NCBI GenBank assembly: GCA_024346625.1
Contig: AP024667.1
Location: forward strand, 310,001 to 374,000
Direction: 5' to 3'
Source: Williopsis jadinii
Lineage: Eukaryota
Length of the DNA: 64,000 nucleotides
In this document: in pieces, positions 34,696 to 45,128 of the stretch
Numbering within the stretch: position 1 is the first letter of the stretch
How the letters are laid out: every line of letters starts with the position of its first letter
Notes under the pieces: generated by a model
What the model saw: only the letters and a program-made list of their open reading frames with translations
Database searches by the model: none
What the model was told of the DNA's origin: nothing
Program-made: the position numbers and the translations under genes

Positions 34696-37600
34696 GCTGT
34701 TGTTCTTTGTTGTTCTTTGATGTTCGATGGTTGATGATAGCTTGAGTGCCGATTGTATAGTTGTGTTTGTCAACCTGTAGCAATGATATTTATACCTATA
34801 TAGGTATGTTGTTAGATTGCTGTGGGCTTTCTGGAAAAGGTGCCAATTTATATATAAAGTTATCTGAGTACGAAGTTATTTAGTCATGGCAAACGCTGGT
34901 TTGGGTTTAGGACACCTGTAGAAGCTGACACACATGCGTTAAACCTCGTGAAAACGGCTTTCAGACCAGCTTCTCAGGAGAAGGCTGAGCAATGTGGGAA
35001 CGTTGAGCAACTCAACCAGGCCCGTAATACATCCTATCCAGCCGTTGATGGCAGGGCAGTGTGAAAAATGAGTCAACCTCAGGCCCACCACAATTCAATT
35101 GAGGTAAACGCATATACAGCAGCATAACACACAGTCTTTGACTAAAGAACCTCTTCTCCTGTTGCTTGTGTGCCCCACGTAGAGAGCGTAGCCTACAATG
35201 CGTTACGGATGCAAAGTGTTCCTATTTACGAGGGGGAGGTGAGGCTGGCCTTTAAAGCACAGATATAATGGTTACGAAACACGGAACCAGAATGGTTTAG
35301 CATTGGACTACAATGCGAACTCATACGTAGTCGCGTACAAATCCAAGCCCACCTTCCAGCTCTCATAGGCTCTGACGTTTCGGAGAGTACTCAATTGTAC
35401 ACACCTATAAATGGTTGTTCTTGATGGTTCTTGATGTCCTAATTACTCTCCACCACCACGTTGTTAGAATTTTTGGGTTGGAGGTTGCAGTCGCCATGGC
35501 GCACTATTACGTCGGGTGGAGGATGTGTGAGCCCAAATGGCACAACTCTTTGCTATGATTCATTCACTAGACATCACCACCAAATACAAACACTTATCAG
35601 CCTTTCAGTGCTTTTTTTGTCCATTCTTGAGTACACTGGTGGGATACAACCCGGTCTATATTTAGTTGTGGTTTATAATGTCTTGGTGTACATCGTCGAC
35701 CGTGCCCAGTACATATATATGCTTTCCTCCAGGAGCTGTTTGGAAACAACGACATGGAGATTGGAACAAGACACTACACGGCAAGGAGACTAAAGTGTGA
35801 TCGATATGTGGCAAGCTCTTACAGATAGGACTGCTAGTATAATGAGATTCTCTGAAAGTCTTCTTTCTCTGTTGTCGAACGTTTGTTCTGGTACTTGCGT
35901 CAACAGACATTGTTCTTATAGTAGGATAACGGTAGCTTTTAGAGCAGTTTTTTCCATTCTATAGAATGGAAGGTGACAGTAGGTGTGTATTCTGAGAAGC
36001 GAGTGGGCTGATGAATACCTCTTACAAAGTTGAGGTAAAGTCGAGAGCCAAAGCTCTATTTTGTTGGCAGATCTGGTCCATGGTATTGGAAATGGATATT
36101 GCATACAGTAGATTGCCGAGACACGATTAGTATTAGATAGTCGTCTTGTCTTGTGCTCTAACAGACACCATTTACAACACGATAACTAGCCATTCTAGAT
36201 AAAGTGATGTTATTTCATCGGTTACAGTTACAGGTTCATGACATGTCGGCATCGCAACACCAGCTGTATCTCAAGTATTCGGAAACTCTTAGCGCAATCT
36301 ACCCGCATCCAATTGTCATATCATTGATATCAAACAGCTACCTTCGATAGCATCGAAGTACCAGAGACATATTGCAGCTACCTTCGATAGCTGCTGCTGA
36401 AAAGCAACGATAACCGTTAATCGATGCCTTCTTGCGTTTAGTTACCGGTTTCAGCAAATCTTGCAAAATTCTCATGTGCAGGGTACACCCTGGTCGAGAT
36501 AGCTGTGCACAGGTCCTGATGATAGTGTGAGTTCGTAAAAGATTTGCAATTGTGTGCAAGCCATTATCAGCAAATCACAATTCCAGATCTACAGGGTGAA
36601 CCACGTCTCAATTGAGTACTTTCAACGACTTTTGTGATGTAGCTTGACGACCCAATTGCTTCCTTTCTCAGGTTGGAAAGGATTCTGATTATCAACTTTC
36701 TCCTTTTCTTTCCATGATAACCCCAGAACACCAATCAAATCTCAGTGTCTAATATCCACGCACAGTTTATGACAGTTCAGGGCTGTTCATTGACACGCCA
36801 CTACACATTATGGGGCAATTTACCAACCATGATTTTGCTCTTGGAACTCCCCCTAGCACTTATCAACTGTGATGCTGAAATTCATGAAATATTGAAGTAA
36901 ACACATCGCTATTCACAACCCACAGCCACTATTCGTATACAACGTAACTGTGTATATCCAATTCAAAATATGTTGCCGTTTAACTACACGGATGCTGGGG
37001 CAGAACTCAAGGATCGACTATGAACTAACTTACATACATCCAATGGTTATCACGTACTCGCAGATCATGGATTTGTTTCCCTTAGACATTATTTACTCCC
37101 AATATGAAATTGTGAGTTTCATGAACATGCCTTTCACTGAGGACAAGTTGATTGCAGACAGGCACATATGGCCTCATTCAGGTGTGGAGAATTGGTGATA
37201 GCCACCGCTACAATGCTGATTAACTGTTTGCCAAGTGTACAGTGGTAGCTCTAATATGTATGCTGTTAGTCCTTGATGTGCAACACATTTCACAGCTGTA
37301 TGTCTGCCAATCTCAAACACCTTATTAGCATTCAATACGGATAACTAATGGTTAGTGCGTGAATCTATCATAACCTCAATTGAGCAGAAGCATTGTTGAT
37401 ACCAACATTCTTGGTTTCTGAAGGCTACGAGCTTCAGTGGCACACACCTGAATCGTTCGGTACCCATGAGAAAGCACATCCCCAGCAAGGCCTTTCTCCA
37501 GCACATATATGTGAGCCAGCACAAAAAATACCAACTATATTATGAGCACACAAGCTACAGACGAACCAGCTGGAGCCATACAGCTAATACTCATATCGTC

Positions 37601-38400
37601 CAGTATTCCCACTTTAGGACGCTCGGCCGACATACATACTCCTAGCCAATGGCTTCCATCCGTCGCTTTCAAAATTCAAGATTGCACATCAATGGAGAAG
37701 GACGAGATCGGACGGCACCAGATATCTATCACGACTTATCACGAGATAGTGAGAGACAAATTGTCATATCGATGCGATCATTCCATTGCCTGAAAACCTT
37801 GCCTGAGAGCTCGGGAGCGCAGCGAGGGTTCACATCTTAGACCCAGCCATGGTTAGTCATTTCAGCACTCAGCTCTATGACCTCACGGCATGAAAGACAC
37901 CAATTAGAAGGGTAAGCAGCAACGCTAGCCCAAAATTAAACGTATCCAGGCCTTCTATCTGCTTGTAGTATACAGTGACAACCATTTGATAAGCTCATCT
38001 GGGCCCATTCCCGAAACACCATGGTTTTAAGCGGCCTTGCCAAGTGTAGCCGTCAAGCCTGTCATCCAAACCCTGTTCCCAGAGCATGAACGTACATACG
38101 GATGCAGAGATGATATCAAAATTGTCAGTTCAGGCTCAGTATCGTAGTGGTGAGCAGTGGGAACCACACACATGCACACATCTGGAGCAGATATTTCTAA
38201 CATGTCGTTGTGAATTCAGAGATAAAGCCATTATCATCTGTGGAGATAGCCACAGATTAGAACTGTGTATGTATGTGATATTTCTTGCGTTGAAGCTTCA
38301 GTGGGGACAGGTATAAAGTCAACACACAAGAATCATTTGAAGAGACTGGAGGAGACAGACTGGAGGAAGTGTAAGCGTGGGTCTCTTTTAGCTCTCAGAG

Positions 38401-41154
38401 ATGGAAAAGGAAGAAGCTGGTCTTTCAGACGGTGTCATTATCGCTGATAAAGAGCACATCCAGGCTGATCACACAGAGATCGGCGAACTGTCATCCAATA
38501 CAGATGAAATAACTTCTACGTTCAAGTCGACAGACGAGAATGGAGAGTACGACCCGAATTTTGGGAAGAGGATCTGGGACGAGGAAAAGGTTCGTGAGTA
38601 CTACCTTGGTCTGACGCCAGAGGCCGTTGACCTGCTCTTGGAGAAGACAGGCCATGGTCATTCAACCACTAATACGGATGATTTGAACGACGAACTCAAG
38701 TACGTCATCGACAAGGTTATCAACATGTCTGACGAGCGTGCCGTTGATATCTTCCGGAAGACCATCGCTGACCATGATGATGATGTGAACTTTCCAAGCG
38801 AAGAATGGAGTTTTATCAAGGGTATTGATGAAGGTACATTGGATATTAACGATCCATTTATCAACTTCAAGACCAAGCTGACGGCCACCTTGTTCTTCTA
38901 CCACTCTATTTATCCAGAGGTTCGTGCTGTCACCGATATCCTGGATGATGATGATGAGCCTTGCGAGACCATCAGATCTTACACCATCTCCATCATTTGG
39001 CTAGTGGTTGCTTCTGGTGTCAACGAGTTCTTTTCACACAGACAACCGTCCATTAGACTATCATCTTCTGTTATCTCGATTCTGATGTACCCATCTGGTA
39101 AGGCCTGGGAATACTTTGTTCCAAAAGTTGATGTTCCATGGTTTGGAGGTAAGAAGATTCCCTTGAACCCTGGTCGCTACAGTTTCAAAGAACAGATGTT
39201 TGGTACAATCTTGTCCGGTGTGTCTGGTACTTCGGTGTACGTGTCCTACAACATTGTAACCCAGAAGAAGTTCTTCTTCAACGAATGGGCCGATTTCGGC
39301 TATCAACTACTTCTGACCATTTCAACTCAGTGTCTTGGTCTGTCGTTTGCAGGTATATTGAGAAAGTTCTGTATTTATCCTGAAAGAGCTGTCTGGCCAA
39401 CACAGCTGCCAGCTATTGCACTTAACAGGGCTCTTCTGAGACCTGAAAGAAATGAAGTGATTAATGGATGGAGAATTACACGTTATAAATTCTTCTGGAT
39501 TACCTTTGCAGCTATGTTTATCTACTTCTGGCTACCAAATTATCTTTTCCAAGCTCTGAGTACTTTCAACTGGACCACTTGGATCAAACCAAGTAACTTT
39601 GACCTTGCCATGGTTACTGGTACCGTCAGTGGACTGGGCTTGAATCCATGGACCACTTTCGACTGGAACATCATTGCCTTCGTTGCTGACCCTCTTGCAG
39701 TTCCATGGCTTACGATCTGGAACCTGTACTTGGGTGCCTTTGTCGGCTTGTTCATCATTTTGGGTATCTTCTACTCCAACTACCGTTGGTCTGGATATTT
39801 GCCAATCAACAGTAATGCGCTCTTCTCAAACACTGGTGAGCCGTACAACGTCTCCAAAGTCTTGACCAATGGTCTCTTCGACATGGAAAAGTACCAGTCG
39901 TACTCTCCTCCTTTCTACTCAGCTGCCAACATTTTGATTTACAGTGCCTTCTTTGCTGTCTACCCACTATCATTCTTCTACAACTCGTACAAGGAATGGT
40001 CAACGATCATGAATGCCTACAAGATGATGAGTGAAGATATCATAGAAACTTTCAAAAACTGGTCATTGAAGAGTTTCATCTACACCAATCCAAAGGCCTT
40101 TGCAAAGTTCCACGACCCTAATTCTAGAATGATGAGAAAGTATAAGGAAGTTCCAGATTGGTACTACGTCCTCATCTTGATCGTTTCCTTCATCTTTGCC
40201 ATCATGACAGTTAAGGTCTATGACGAGACAAAGACTCCTGTATGGGGTATCTTCTTCGTCATAGCCATCAACTTCGTGTTTCTGATCCCATTCTCTGTGC
40301 TGTTGGCAACAACTGGTGTTCAGCTGGGTCTTAACGTGCTTGTTGAGTTGATTGTTGGTTATGCTTTGCAAGGTAACGGTGTTGCTCTTATGACGTTGAA
40401 GGCACTTGGCTACAACATTGACGGCCAGGCAGACTCCTTTGCCTCCTCCATGAAAGTTGGCCACTACGCTAGAATCCCACCTCTCGCTGTCTTTAGAGCA
40501 CAGATCATCGGAACCATCATACAAGCGTTTGTATTCCTAGGTGTTGTTAACTGGTCTTTGAGTAACATTGATCACTTCTGCGAGAAGGGCCAGAGTGCAA
40601 AGTTCACCTGTCCTTCTGAGAGAACATTCTTCTCTGCTGCTGTGTTTTGGGGTACCATTGGTCCAAAGATCGTCTTCTCTGGGTTGTATCCAACTATGCA
40701 ATATGCCTTCTTAATCGGGTTTGGCATTGCGCTGATATTCATCGCAATGAAGCACTGGGGCTCCAAATACTCCTGGTACAAGTACGCTGGCAAGCTGGAG
40801 CCAACCTTGTTCATCAACGGTATTCTCAACATCTATGCTCCATACAACTTGGGCTTCATCACCCCAACGTTGTATGCGAGCTTCATCTTTATGAACTACA
40901 TCAGAAAGCGTTACATTGCATGGTTTGAGAAGTACAACTATGTCCTGTCTGCTGCTTTGAACGCCGGTGTCGCCTTTTCTGCCATTGTCATATTCTTTGC
41001 TGTTCAGTACCACAGCAAGGATGTTGACTGGTGGGGAAATACCGTGATGTACAAGGGTGTTGAAGGTGGTGAAGGCCAGCAGACCCTTCATGACATCTCG
41101 TTGACTGACAGAGGATATTTTGGACCTGAAAGAGGCCACTATCCGAGACCATGA
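38401..41154 (+). CDS. Oligopeptide transporter (OPT family, Opt2-like)
   Basis: SIYPEVRAV (variant of the SPYxEVR motif), NPG, KEQ, YKEVPDWYY and multiple TM helices. Confidence 0.93.
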   Translation: MEKEEAGLSDGVIIADKEHIQADHTEIGELSSNTDEITSTFKSTDENGEYDPNFGKRIWDEEKVREYYLGLTPEAVDLLLEKTGHGHSTTNTDDLNDELKYVIDKVINMSDERAVDIFRKTIADHDDDVNFPSEEWSFIKGIDEGTLDINDPFINFKTKLTATLFFYHSIYPEVRAVTDILDDDDEPCETIRSYTISIIWLVVASGVNEFFSHRQPSIRLSSSVISILMYPSGKAWEYFVPKVDVPWFGGKKIPLNPGRYSFKEQMFGTILSGVSGTSVYVSYNIVTQKKFFFNEWADFGYQLLLTISTQCLGLSFAGILRKFCIYPERAVWPTQLPAIALNRALLRPERNEVINGWRITRYKFFWITFAAMFIYFWLPNYLFQALSTFNWTTWIKPSNFDLAMVTGTVSGLGLNPWTTFDWNIIAFVADPLAVPWLTIWNLYLGAFVGLFIILGIFYSNYRWSGYLPINSNALFSNTGEPYNVSKVLTNGLFDMEKYQSYSPPFYSAANILIYSAFFAVYPLSFFYNSYKEWSTIMNAYKMMSEDIIETFKNWSLKSFIYTNPKAFAKFHDPNSRMMRKYKEVPDWYYVLILIVSFIFAIMTVKVYDETKTPVWGIFFVIAINFVFLIPFSVLLATTGVQLGLNVLVELIVGYALQGNGVALMTLKALGYNIDGQADSFASSMKVGHYARIPPLAVFRAQIIGTIIQAFVFLGVVNWSLSNIDHFCEKGQSAKFTCPSERTFFSAAVFWGTIGPKIVFSGLYPTMQYAFLIGFGIALIFIAMKHWGSKYSWYKYAGKLEPTLFINGILNIYAPYNLGFITPTLYASFIFMNYIRKRYIAWFEKYNYVLSAALNAGVAFSAIVIFFAVQYHSKDVDWWGNTVMYKGVEGGEGQQTLHDISLTDRGYFGPERGHYPRP

Positions 41155-41433
41155 ATCCCCAGGTTTCTGCCTTGTTATTCCAACACACTGATCAGCGTGA
41201 TCAAGGTGCTTGTAACATCTAAAGCTGTCCGTGTATATGAGTATTGAGCTATGCTTGATAGTACTATCTAATCTCTTTAATATGCCCTGTTTGATGTAGT
41301 TTTGTTTTAACCAAAAAGGGAAATATGCCTAGTTCGGATGTTTTCATCCCTTTACCTGGACACATGGCCCGAGGCTCTCAAATCAGCTTGTTGTTTACTC
41401 TTTATCAGCTGATTTACGAAAAGGACAGGGCCA

Positions 41434-42402
41434 ATGGTTGAACTGAACGAGAACAGGATCTGGATCGACGGATGCTTTGACTTCTTCCATCATGGACACG
41501 CCAATGCCATATTACAAGCGCGTTCTGTAGGGGACGAGCTGGTCATTGGTGTCCATTCTGACGAGGACATATTGCAGAACAAGGGCCCGACGGTGATGAA
41601 CCTGGCTGAGAGATCTGCAGAGATAGCTGCTAACAAATGGGCTACACAGGTTGTTGAGAATGCACCATATGTGACACAGCCCGAGTGGATGGATAGATAT
41701 GGCTGTAAGTACGTTGTGCACGGAGATGATATCACCACAGACGCTGATGGAAACGACTGCTACGGCATCGTGAGGGAGCAGGGGAGGTTGAAGCTGGTGA
41801 AGAGGACTGAGGGTGTTAGTACAACTGACCTCATCAACAGGCTGCTGAACCCTACAGATGTTGGCCATTATTACAAAGACCCCAAGGCCATGGTACGCGA
41901 GAACGAAAGCCTGATCAAGAGATTCGGCACGGATCCTTCTGGCTACAACCCTCATACTGATATCTACACTGGAGACTTATCTGACGCATCGCAGAAGGTT
42001 GGAGATAGAGAGTATACCATCTATCTCCATGGAAGCTTTGACCTGTTCAATCCATTCCACATTGCCGTGCTCAAGCAGCTGAAAGATGAAGGACACGAAG
42101 TTCTTGTTGGAATCTATAAGGATGGAGTCGAGCATACCGCAATGGACCTCCTCCAGAGAACGCTATGTGTATTGCAGTGTAAGTACGTGGACGGTGTTAT
42201 AATCGGCGTTGAAAGCCGGGACTTCGTGCCAGCTGAGCTCCCTTCAAGAGCTGTTGATGAATACGAGAACGATTACAGCTATCTCAACAGAGGTGGCATT
42301 CAGAAGAGAATACAGGACCACTACGATCTCTACGTCGAACGACAAAAGAAGAAGGGCGTGAAGAGTGAACACGAGAGTAAGCTTGAGAGACACCATACAT
42401 AA
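41434..42402 (+). CDS. ECT1: Ethanolamine-phosphate cytidylyltransferase
   Basis: WIDGCFDFFHHGH, VVHGDD and KRTEGVSTTD, with a second degenerate cytidylyltransferase domain (GSFDLF). Confidence 0.93.
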   Translation: MVELNENRIWIDGCFDFFHHGHANAILQARSVGDELVIGVHSDEDILQNKGPTVMNLAERSAEIAANKWATQVVENAPYVTQPEWMDRYGCKYVVHGDDITTDADGNDCYGIVREQGRLKLVKRTEGVSTTDLINRLLNPTDVGHYYKDPKAMVRENESLIKRFGTDPSGYNPHTDIYTGDLSDASQKVGDREYTIYLHGSFDLFNPFHIAVLKQLKDEGHEVLVGIYKDGVEHTAMDLLQRTLCVLQCKYVDGVIIGVESRDFVPAELPSRAVDEYENDYSYLNRGGIQKRIQDHYDLYVERQKKKGVKSEHESKLERHHT

Positions 42403-42511
42403 AAGTGCCACTACCCATTTATAGATCATAGATCGTACTCACGCCAAAAAAACACACTCTCTCACATCTTAAAATGCTTCATGTAAACCCCAACCCACAA
42501 GAAGAGGTGCA

Positions 42512-43406
42512 ATGCGGTCATACTGCTCTTCTGAGCTGTACCTTGAGTTCAAGTGCACCGGGAATCTGATGAGTTGTCGCTTTGAAATCGTCACCAAGGA
42601 CACATCAAAGACCTCTCTGCAACCGTTGGTGCTATCTCACAGGTTTAAAGTAATTCAACACCACACACACTTAAAACGTACTAGATCCACGGCAAGATGG
42701 CAGTAAACTAATGAAGTGAATAGATAGCGTATAGAATCTTCATCAATGACGCGTTTTTGAACTCCCAAGACGTGCTCACTGACACGTTGATGCAGTGCTA
42801 TGAAAAGGCAGAAGTATGTATGCTCCACTAGAGATGGAAGCAAGGTCGTCAAAATTAACTAAGCAGCTATTTACACAGGTCTGGAAGTCTCTGAAGCACC
42901 AGCTAGAGGCTAACTACTCAGATTTGGATACGTTCCATGTCCAACTGAGGGATGAGATTATCACTGACTCCGTCATTGCCAAGTTCAACTCCAACATCGT
43001 GGAACGAGATGCCATCGACATCCTGGATAGTATAATTGTCGAAGTGAAGTATTACACTTCGAATCTTGCACCGGCCGAACTCATGAGGGAGCTGAACTAC
43101 TGCCATTATTCGATGTTGCTCTGCCATTGGGAGCATCAGATTCCCTTCGTATTCAACATTAAAGCACGTGAAATGTTCAAGAACAACATGGACAACATGG
43201 GGAACATCAGCTTCAGCTTAACCAATTCGTCGCAGCTGATGATGAAGCTGATGAGAACCATCGATTTCCAGCCAATCAGCGTGACTGATGAGTTGGAACA
43301 GCTCTCCAAATCCTCAAAGTACAGGAAGAAGAAGAAGAGACAGCAGGGTTATCCAATCCAGTTCTTCAGCTTCAGCGAGTCTGATACCCAAGGCTGGAAC
43401 CTCTAA
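42512..43406 (+). CDS. REC102: Meiotic DSB protein Rec102 (TopoVIB-like Spo11 partner); predicted exons 42512-42649, 42724-42813, 42879-43406; 251 aa
   Basis: Two phase-0 GT-AG introns join three open exons. The product resembles recalled S. cerevisiae Rec102 (IITDSVIAKF ~ ILTDAQISTF; WEHQIPFVF ~ LEFEYPMVF; ISFSLTNSS ~ ISYALTSNS). Confidence 0.8.
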
Positions 43407-43915
43407 GCAGATTTATACTTATATTTCAGTGTATTCAACCCTTCAATGCTACCATTCAACTGCAAAATCCAATACTGTGCCAATGTAGAGCTTATGCTGG
43501 ACACCAGGGGAACGCTGTATAACAACGACTTGAGAACACTCAAGTCCAATTGTCTCCATAGAACAACAACGGCGATGATGTTCATGAAGGTGTCAAAGAC
43601 CAGATGCTTCGTCAGCTGCTTCAGTACGAAACCCCCCTCGGTGGGGAAGAATGATAGGTACCTTACACCAACGACGGAGAAGATCTGTACCACGATGGAG
43701 AGGAAGCTATCAACAGGTAGCCTCCTGTAGTACCTGAGATGGATGAATAGAGGTATCGGGAACAGGTACAGGACTGTCAAGATGTTGATGAATTGCCAAT
43801 TGGTTTGGTAGTTCTCGAGCTTCAACAGGTCCACAAGCTCATCCTGTTCTTCCGAATCGATGGGCCCAGTTTGCAAGCCGTCAATCTTCTGAACCGACCG
43901 TCTCAGTCGTGGCAT
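43403..43915 (-). CDS. Conserved small membrane protein, YGR016W-like
   Basis: MPRLRR...PIDSEEQDELV...INILTVLYL, about 4 TM segments, C-terminal LKYKYKSA. Divergent from EAT1 as in S. cerevisiae. Confidence 0.8.
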   Translation of the reverse strand: MPRLRRSVQKIDGLQTGPIDSEEQDELVDLLKLENYQTNWQFINILTVLYLFPIPLFIHLRYYRRLPVDSFLSIVVQIFSVVGVRYLSFFPTEGGFVLKQLTKHLVFDTFMNIIAVVVLWRQLDLSVLKSLLYSVPLVSSISSTLAQYWILQLNGSIEGLNTLKYKYKSA

Positions 43916-44149
43916 TGCAATGGTGAGTAGCTCTGTGTGCTGGGGACGGGGAAAGGCTGATGACAGAGAGGAAGAAGTTTCTCATGAGTCCGGAAGCAAA
44001 AATCACATAATACCGAGAGAGCCATCACCAACACCAACATCGACAACAGGGCCAGAGAACACACGATTGCCGGTGAAAGTACACTCAAAGCCACGTACAC
44101 ACTGCCATTGATAGACATCCATACACATCCGAGCGAACACGAGCAAACC

Positions 44150-44989
44150 ATGATGCCCCCAGTGAAGCAATCCATACTGCCAGCTTTCCACAAGATCGTG
44201 AACAAGTCATCGAAGCCTCCAATTGTGTTTCTCCACGGGTTCTTGGGCTCTGGAAAGAACTTCACACTCGTGTCGAAGAAGTTTGCTAAGTTATGGGGAG
44301 TCACCACGTACACCTACGACGCTAGAAACCACGGGAGCTCAGCTCATTGTGTCCCAATGGACTACCATTCGTTGACAAGCGATCTCAGCACGCTGTTGAA
44401 CCATGAGCGACTGGACAAGGTCACGCTGGTGAGCTACTCCATGGGCGCAAAGGTTGCAATGAACTACGCCCTAGCACACCCTTCCAAAGTGGAAAGGATG
44501 GTGTGCATCGACAACGCACCTGTGGTCAAGCCCATTGGCGACGACTTCAAGACTTACATCGAGGCTCTGGTGGACATCTTGCACAAGGACTGGTCCCATG
44601 TCGACCATAGAGCGCTCCAGAAGAAGCTGCTCCAGGAGATGAACAAGGTGACGAACGACAAGAACTTGTCGCTGTACCTCCTCGCCAACGTGAAGAAGCA
44701 CAAGAACAGGTTGGTCTCAAGGATCCCTCTCGAGGTGATGAACGACGAGACAATAACACAGCTCGGCGACTTCCCTCACCACGACAAGCCCGTCAACGTG
44801 CCTACGCTGTTCATAAAGGCCGAGCACTCGCACTTCATCGACGCTGATGGCGTCAAGGAGTGCAAGAGGCTGTTCCCGCGTGCTGTGTTTGGCACCGTGG
44901 ACTCGACTCATAGCGCGATGCTTGTCGAGCAGTACGCGTACATCAAGGCAATGATCGAAGAGTTCCTCGACGTCTCATACAGCGCTTAA
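44150..44989 (+). CDS. EAT1: Alpha/beta-hydrolase-fold ethanol acetyltransferase Eat1-like
   Basis: PPIVFLHGFLGS, DARNHGSS, nucleophile elbow SYSMG, IDNAP and a C-terminal His. Divergent from the YGR016W-like gene. Confidence 0.75.
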   Translation: MMPPVKQSILPAFHKIVNKSSKPPIVFLHGFLGSGKNFTLVSKKFAKLWGVTTYTYDARNHGSSAHCVPMDYHSLTSDLSTLLNHERLDKVTLVSYSMGAKVAMNYALAHPSKVERMVCIDNAPVVKPIGDDFKTYIEALVDILHKDWSHVDHRALQKKLLQEMNKVTNDKNLSLYLLANVKKHKNRLVSRIPLEVMNDETITQLGDFPHHDKPVNVPTLFIKAEHSHFIDADGVKECKRLFPRAVFGTVDSTHSAMLVEQYAYIKAMIEEFLDVSYSA

Positions 44990-45128
44990 CTTGAATCAAA
45001 GGACACAGGCTCAGCAGATGCCACAAAAGCGGCTTGTGTTGAAGGAAATGTTCTGGAAGCTGAGAGAATTCCACAAAGCTAACCGCCTTGCCTCTGAGCC
45101 TAGGCTAACCAAAATACACCACGCTGGG

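Noticed and set aside
34700..38400. Point centromere or LTR retrotransposon remnant
   Set aside because: No CDEI-AT-rich-CDEIII arrangement, no paired TG...CA LTRs, and no gag/pol-like ORF fragments recognised.
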